Source: Epithemia pelagica (taxonomy: Eukaryota > Protista > Bacillariophyta). Taken from it: DNA of 64,000 bases. Below, piece after piece: positions 58,701-64,000 of this stretch; within the stretch, counting starts at the first letter, position 1, and each line of letters starts with the position of its first letter. The stretch covers positions 1,550,001 through 1,614,000 of the forward strand of contig OX337233.1 in NCBI GenBank assembly GCA_946965045.2, read 5' to 3'. The position numbers and the translations under genes were made by a program. Below the pieces are notes generated by a model that was given only the letters and a program-made list of their open reading frames with translations, ran no database searches and was not told where the DNA came from.

Positions 58701-60991
58701 TTCTTTTGGACACAGACAGTCCCAACCAAACAGGAATTTGCATTGCCAATAGAGGGTGGCCACAGGCGTATTGCCCCATTGTAAAAACCATGGCGAAGGG
58801 GACCAAGCGGTGGTTGTTCTGCTTCCGAGCTTTGAGGATGAACTGGAAGAGTACATCAAGTGAAAACCGTTGGCGCATCAAACTCGGACCTTCGGAACTA
58901 ACAGAGGCCTCTTCTAATTTCTTGGTATAGCCGCTCGAGCCCATGAGGCTGTTGAAATGCACCGGAAGCATTCGCTCAAAATCATTTGCAAGTTCTCTCG
59001 TTTCACTCTCTGAGAGGAACTTGTCAAATATATTACAAAAACGACCAAAACAATCCTCCATTCTATCTAAGATTCGTTTGTCAACCTTCTCGCAAAAGTC
59101 CTTGATGACATCTGGTTCAATGAATGGTGGAGGAACAGCGTTGGAGAGTTCTTCGCGAAGGGAAGCAATGGCGGATTCGTGCTCTTGTTTGAGGTCATTT
59201 ATGACGATTGTTGATTTGCAATGCTCCCAGACATGCCGCAAGTCCGACAACATATACCGGTCACCGGGTGTTTCTTGAACCAAACGATGAAGGAGGGTTA
59301 ATCGGTCGTCTCCACTTGCTTTCAGCCCACGAAACTGAGTAAGCCAGGGTCGTTCGGGGTGATAGTCCGCCTGTACGAAGATAGATTGAGGGAACTGGAA
59401 GACCTCGAACCAACACAACAACTCCGGAATACAGTCTGTTGGCGGATTGGTTAAATTGAAGTTGGAGGAGGGCGGAATGTATGGAAATTTTAAATGTAGA
59501 CCATGTTGATGGACTTCCTTGAGAGCCTCCTCAATCTCGGGATAGGGGTGAAGGCCTACGACCTTGGACCTTCGATCATCCGGGTTGAGATAAACCCAAC
59601 CAGTCAATTGCTTAAATGACCGACCTTGACAGAGTACTTGTGGAAGATGCATTGATTGCAATGTATCATTCCATATCTTCATCCATTTCTTGGCATAGCG
59701 CGGTGGGAGTGATTCGTCATGGAAAAACAGGGCAACAGGAGTGCCTTCTTTCAAGAACCAGAGATCCTCCAGGAGAAGAGTCCTCATGGAAAAGGAAGTC
59801 ACAACTTGCAGGGAGTGTTGGTCGGACAAGGTACTGGAGGGATCTTCAGAAGCCGTAGATTCTTGGTGTTTGCGCTTGTTGCTCTTGTTGTCTTGGTAAC
59901 GCCGTTGTTTTTTTACACCAGTAGGAGACCTGCCAACGCCTTTTGAGTAGTTCTTGGCTTTTTTGAGGAGCAAGGAACAGTGGTTTTTAACTAAACCGAG
60001 GGACTTGTTGGGACCGAGATGGGTGGGAGTAACAACAACCAAGGGAATGTTGTCCGTAGAGGGTCCAGGGTTGTTGCATGACAGAGGAGAGATGCGGCGC
60101 AATGGAAGGAGAAAGGCACCCTCCTCTACCTTTCGTGCCTTTACTTTAAGATTCGGGTGAGCCACACCTGTGGTTCGTTGTGCCTGAGGAGGAACCCGTG
60201 TCAGACCAAGGGTTGTGGGGGGGGTGGTTAGGTGCAGAGGAGGCATCACTGTCGGCCGCAGTTGGGGCGGAGGAAACGGGAGGAGCAGCATTGCCTTCGA
60301 TGGCAGACAGAAGATTGAGTGATTTCTGTGGAGAGGTCTGGGTGCCGAACTCAACTGCGCCAAAAACTTGTTGACGATGCCACAAATTAAAGGAGAAATC
60401 CGAAATCCTGTTATGCGTCGAAGGTACGGGTGGATGGGCATTGATGGTGTTAGACAAAGGTGCTTTGGTTGATGGGGAAGAAGCAACATTCGAAGAAGGG
60501 AAGGCAGCCGAGAAAGAATCCATTTGTGGGGGCGGTTTTTGTTGCTGACTGTGATCGGTAGTCGAGGGAATGGTGGACAAATCACTTGCGTCACCACTCG
60601 GTACAAATGTGGACGGTCCTGAGTAGTTGTTGTTGTCTTGTTGTGCTTGTAGGATGGCGGCTGAAAATGGAGGTCTGACAGCATCCGGAGTTTCATAGGG
60701 ATTCACTCCCTCCTCGTCTTCATTACTATCCTCTGAATCGTCGCGGCTTGAATCGTCCATGTCGTTGGGAGCAGGAGGAGGCAATCCTTCGCTTGGAGGA
60801 GGAGGGTCAGGACCAGTGGCAGCACTGTAGTGTGAGGAAGATGAAGGTGGGTTTTCGGCGAGGCTCGATGGGGCTTCTGTACTATCGGTTATGACTTCTT
60901 CTCGGACCGGGAGAGCAACGTAGACCTTGCGAACGTCATCTTGTGACTTGCGATGGCGTTTGTGTGAAGAGGATGACTTCTTGGACGACAT
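55735..60991 (-). CDS. Academ-type transposase (DUF6589-like core); N-terminal ORF 60991-60146 and main ORF out of frame
   Basis: VFDNLQ (D), IVGDGLS (D), NGDLHVRFHML (GxxH), ALDQIMER (E candidate), long acidic tail. ATG 60991 (MSSKKSSSSHKRH) is conserved in the 1.7-kb relative but needs a frameshift near 60150-60230. Confidence 0.75.
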
Positions 60992-61041
60992 GACGACCTG
61001 CTGCACCTCTACCCTCTGGATTGACTGTGGTGTGGTTTGCA

Positions 61042-61151
61042 AGTTTGTGTCAAAAACGGGTGAGCCAGATCGCGCCTTGGGGGTGAGTAAGAGAATGCAC
61101 TTTGTGCATTCACTCTCTAGCATCCTAAAAACTCACCCCCGCTGGGGGGTA
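61042..61151 (-). repeat. Right terminal inverted repeat
   Basis: Inverse of 53324-53444 with substitutions and one gap. Confidence 0.9.
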
Positions 61152-61451
61152 ATAAAATTCTTAAATCAAGCTGTTGGGGGACCCATCCGCGCCTAGGTAA
61201 AGCCCTTCGGGCGCGCACAAAAACCGCAGGCCGATGCTCCCGCCTCTGAAAACACGAGCAGGCCGGCTTGGTCGTGTGATTCACAAAAAAGTACCCCGCC
61301 ACCCTTTTTGCGTTTCTTATTGCATCCACACAAAGACGGTCTCCTAATAGCGAGCCATAGAGCAAAGAGGTGCGGGGTTGCTCCATGTTGGCGTCCATCA
61401 GATTGCATTAGAAGAGAAGGTCCACCAGACATTCACCACATCTTGAAAGAT

Positions 61452-64000
61452 ATGGGAGCTTGTCAAAGCCGGTCGGCTTCTGCGGCAGTGGTGGCGGAGG
61501 TGACGAAAAATTTGGATGGACGAAGTGCACGGAGTGGATCTATAAGCGGATCGCAGGCGTCGGAATCCACCGTGACAATCAGCAACACAAACCAACGCAA
61601 TCTTCCCACAACGTCGATACAAGAGGATGAAATTGAAGATGACTTGTCAAACAGTGGATCGTTGGACGATTCTGAAATGGAAGCTGTTGAACCGCTCCAA
61701 TATGAAAGTCGTCCTCGTGCGGAGTCCACCCCTATCAGAAATCAACGCATCGACAAGCACGATTCCGTGAAACAGGACCCACCAGAGGGAGGGCTTGTTT
61801 TATCTCCAGCACGGGATTCTCCAAAGAGGAATCGAATGGAGAGATCAAGCGGAATAAAGCACGATGGCAAAATCATGGAAGGTGGGGAGCTCGGTCGCTC
61901 AGCAACCAAGAAGGAACCGTCAATTTCGGAGGAGGCCAATGAATCACGGCGAAAGTTATTCCCAACATCTCCTTCAAGATCACGAAAGAATCAGAACAAA
62001 TCACCTACGCTAGCAGAACCGTCCTCCACAAAGCCATCTATTTCCTCATCGATTGATGAAGGCTCTTCAAGTGGTGAGAAGCTCAGCAAACGATCGTCAA
62101 AGAGTCGGAAAGCACAACAGGTTGGATTCTCTCCCATCCGCACCACAATCCCTGAAGAAGAAGATCCAGAAATGCCCTCCGACGAGGAAGATTTTTGTGA
62201 TGACCTGGTTCGAAACACTCCCAGGGATGAGCCTGGTCGTCTCGTTCCCGTGAAATTGAAGACACATCCCACAACTAGCGTCGCCAGTGTTGTAGTTGCA
62301 GGCAACGGGGAAGGACCACCTATGATGAATCTCGACGACAAAAATTCAGTTCAAATGCACACGCTCTCGGAGTTTCAGCGATTGAAGTTACAAGTTAAGC
62401 TTCAGAAACATCAGGAAATGAAAGAGCGTCGAGTGCACAAAGTGGAGGATCGCTTGCAGGACGCCGAGTCATACAAGAAGCTGTGGTTAGAGTATCAGAA
62501 AACGGAGCAAGACTTGGCAAAGAGAGACCAAGAAACACATATGAAACCAAGGGGACCTGGTCGAAGAAGCAACAGCTTCGATCTTTCAAACAGTGGTAGT
62601 TGGTTCTTCGATTTTAGCTCGCCTGAAGCTGCATTCGATGCGTTGACAGACAACCCAGACGACAACGGTAGCCAGGCAAGTCTGTCTCTTCTTTCAGAAC
62701 AATCCCTCGATGCTCAGAAAAGATACTATGCAGACAAACGGAGGCGGAGAAAGGAAAAGAAAAAACAGGGCAAGCATGAGAAACGACAGAAACGACGAGA
62801 GGTTGAAGACCCAAGTAAGAACCCAATCAAGGTTCCTATGCAGCCGCCGGGACATCGTCTCGAGGGAGCTACGACACCGGACGGGTTGGCCCGTCTCAAC
62901 ATGGCCAAAAGTACAGCTTCAGGAGCCACGAGGGACTATGGTCCTGTTCGCGACAACATCACAACCCCTCTAGACGTAGAGGTGTCCTTCCAAAATAGAG
63001 TTGTTGGGCCCACAGATGATGCTGGAAGTTATATTTCGGACCTAGGCGATGAATCGTGGGGTGGAGGTGTCATGGGTGGAAGCCACGCTGGAAATTCGTA
63101 TTCGAACCAACAGCACTACCCACACTCAAGCATGTCGGGAAACAATGATTACGGTGTAAAGAGACGTATACGACGTTACTCAGGATACTCACAGGGAGAT
63201 CACAAAGCAATGCAAGCAAAACTACAATCTCTGGAAAGGTCCTTAGCGCTCATGAAACAAGAAAAGGGCGATGAAAAGAGAGCCCTTTCTTGTCCAAAGC
63301 CTGAGGAACCCGAAGTACCTACAACCGCTTCTCCCATTGACGCCGCTGCAGACTCGACAGGCAACCAAGTTAAAGATGGATTGAGATCGTCACTGGATTC
63401 AGCAATATCAGCGATAGATCTCGAGAAGGTAGGGAACAGGAGGAACAGTGTCACAAATGATATCAAAACAGAAAGGGAACTTGCCAAACAAATTCACGAG
63501 GCGATACTTGCGGCCAATACTCCGACAAGGAAAACGAGGAAATCAAGCTCGCGGAAACCAAGCAACTCGAAGGCTAAACGGTCATCTTCATGTGGTGATC
63601 TCGACAAAGCAAACAAGAGTTTGTCAGCAGACGTTTTGCATCCCTCTTTGCCTAGTGATCACATTGGAGTATCTCCAAGTCTGCATCCGACAGTCAAAAT
63701 AGACTGCAAGGCAACAATAGCAAGGAGCCAAAAAGACATTGAATCGAACTCTACTTTGAATGAATCTCCTCTGCCCGTACAGGACTCAGATTCCTCACGA
63801 AGAGAAGATCTCGATCCAGGTTTCGTCAGGGCAAGTAAGGATAGTGAACTGTCTGTCGCCACCTCAACTGAGTGTTCAATTGTTGAAACTCCTACAAAGC
63901 AACATCTTGTGCATTCACCTGCTCAGTTACCCGTGTCTCGTGCTGATGATTTCGAGCAGAATGCCTCCAGTCCTCCTGCAATTGAGTCTTGCCTTCCAGA
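61452..64000 (+). CDS. Large low-complexity hypothetical protein, 3'-partial, with possible N-myristoylation and palmitoylation
   Basis: ATG GGA GCT TGT (MGACQS). The frame appeared open on manual translation and spot checks through to the window end. Coiled-coil and basic segments. Confidence 0.8.
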   Translation, partial: MGACQSRSASAAVVAEVTKNLDGRSARSGSISGSQASESTVTISNTNQRNLPTTSIQEDEIEDDLSNSGSLDDSEMEAVEPLQYESRPRAESTPIRNQRIDKHDSVKQDPPEGGLVLSPARDSPKRNRMERSSGIKHDGKIMEGGELGRSATKKEPSISEEANESRRKLFPTSPSRSRKNQNKSPTLAEPSSTKPSISSSIDEGSSSGEKLSKRSSKSRKAQQVGFSPIRTTIPEEEDPEMPSDEEDFCDDLVRNTPRDEPGRLVPVKLKTHPTTSVASVVVAGNGEGPPMMNLDDKNSVQMHTLSEFQRLKLQVKLQKHQEMKERRVHKVEDRLQDAESYKKLWLEYQKTEQDLAKRDQETHMKPRGPGRRSNSFDLSNSGSWFFDFSSPEAAFDALTDNPDDNGSQASLSLLSEQSLDAQKRYYADKRRRRKEKKKQGKHEKRQKRREVEDPSKNPIKVPMQPPGHRLEGATTPDGLARLNMAKSTASGATRDYGPVRDNITTPLDVEVSFQNRVVGPTDDAGSYISDLGDESWGGGVMGGSHAGNSYSNQQHYPHSSMSGNNDYGVKRRIRRYSGYSQGDHKAMQAKLQSLERSLALMKQEKGDEKRALSCPKPEEPEVPTTASPIDAAADSTGNQVKDGLRSSLDSAISAIDLEKVGNRRNSVTNDIKTERELAKQIHEAILAANTPTRKTRKSSSRKPSNSKAKRSSSCGDLDKANKSLSADVLHPSLPSDHIGVSPSLHPTVKIDCKATIARSQKDIESNSTLNESPLPVQDSDSSRREDLDPGFVRASKDSELSVATSTECSIVETPTKQHLVHSPAQLPVSRADDFEQNASSPPAIESCLP

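Larger units (their letters stand above)
53324..61151. mobile_element. AcademH-type DNA transposon (7828 bp) encoding helicase and transposase
   Basis: Termini TACCCCCCAGCGGGGGTGAGTTTTTAGG and its inverse. Perfect 10-bp TSD ATAAAATTCT (53314-53323, 61152-61161). Two convergent genes. Confidence 0.9.

Noticed and set aside
979-63862. Numerous short track ORFs antisense to or overlapping long genes
   Set aside because: Shadow ORFs expected at this GC content.

Overview
Eukaryotic nuclear DNA, almost certainly from a diatom: two genes carry bipartite signal+ASAFAP-type plastid presequences and introns are short GT-AG. Roughly 26 kb of the 64 kb is transposon-derived. Host genes: glucosidase II alpha, eL42/RPL44, eRF3, a WNK kinase, a TLDc protein, plastid EF-G, CK2 beta, a FYVE-like/RING protein, an HSF, Vps23/TSG101 and several hypotheticals. 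Mobile content: (1) a left-hand cluster with a MULE-like/DUF6729-type DDE gene and a spliced RAG1/Transib-like transposase lying tail-to-tail with a partner that may contain a BAH-like domain, with no convincing termini found; (2) a 6.2-kb LTR element with identical 172-bp LTRs and a 4-bp TSD but a decayed interior, apparently splitting a small host ORF beside RPL44; (3) a complete 7.8-kb AcademH-type DNA transposon (RecQ-like helicase plus transposase, ~110-120-bp TIRs, perfect 10-bp TSD) and a 1.7-kb non-autonomous relative with its own perfect 10-bp TSD. All calls come from manual reading and remembered motifs; no searches were run, and intron and boundary coordinates may be off by a few bases.
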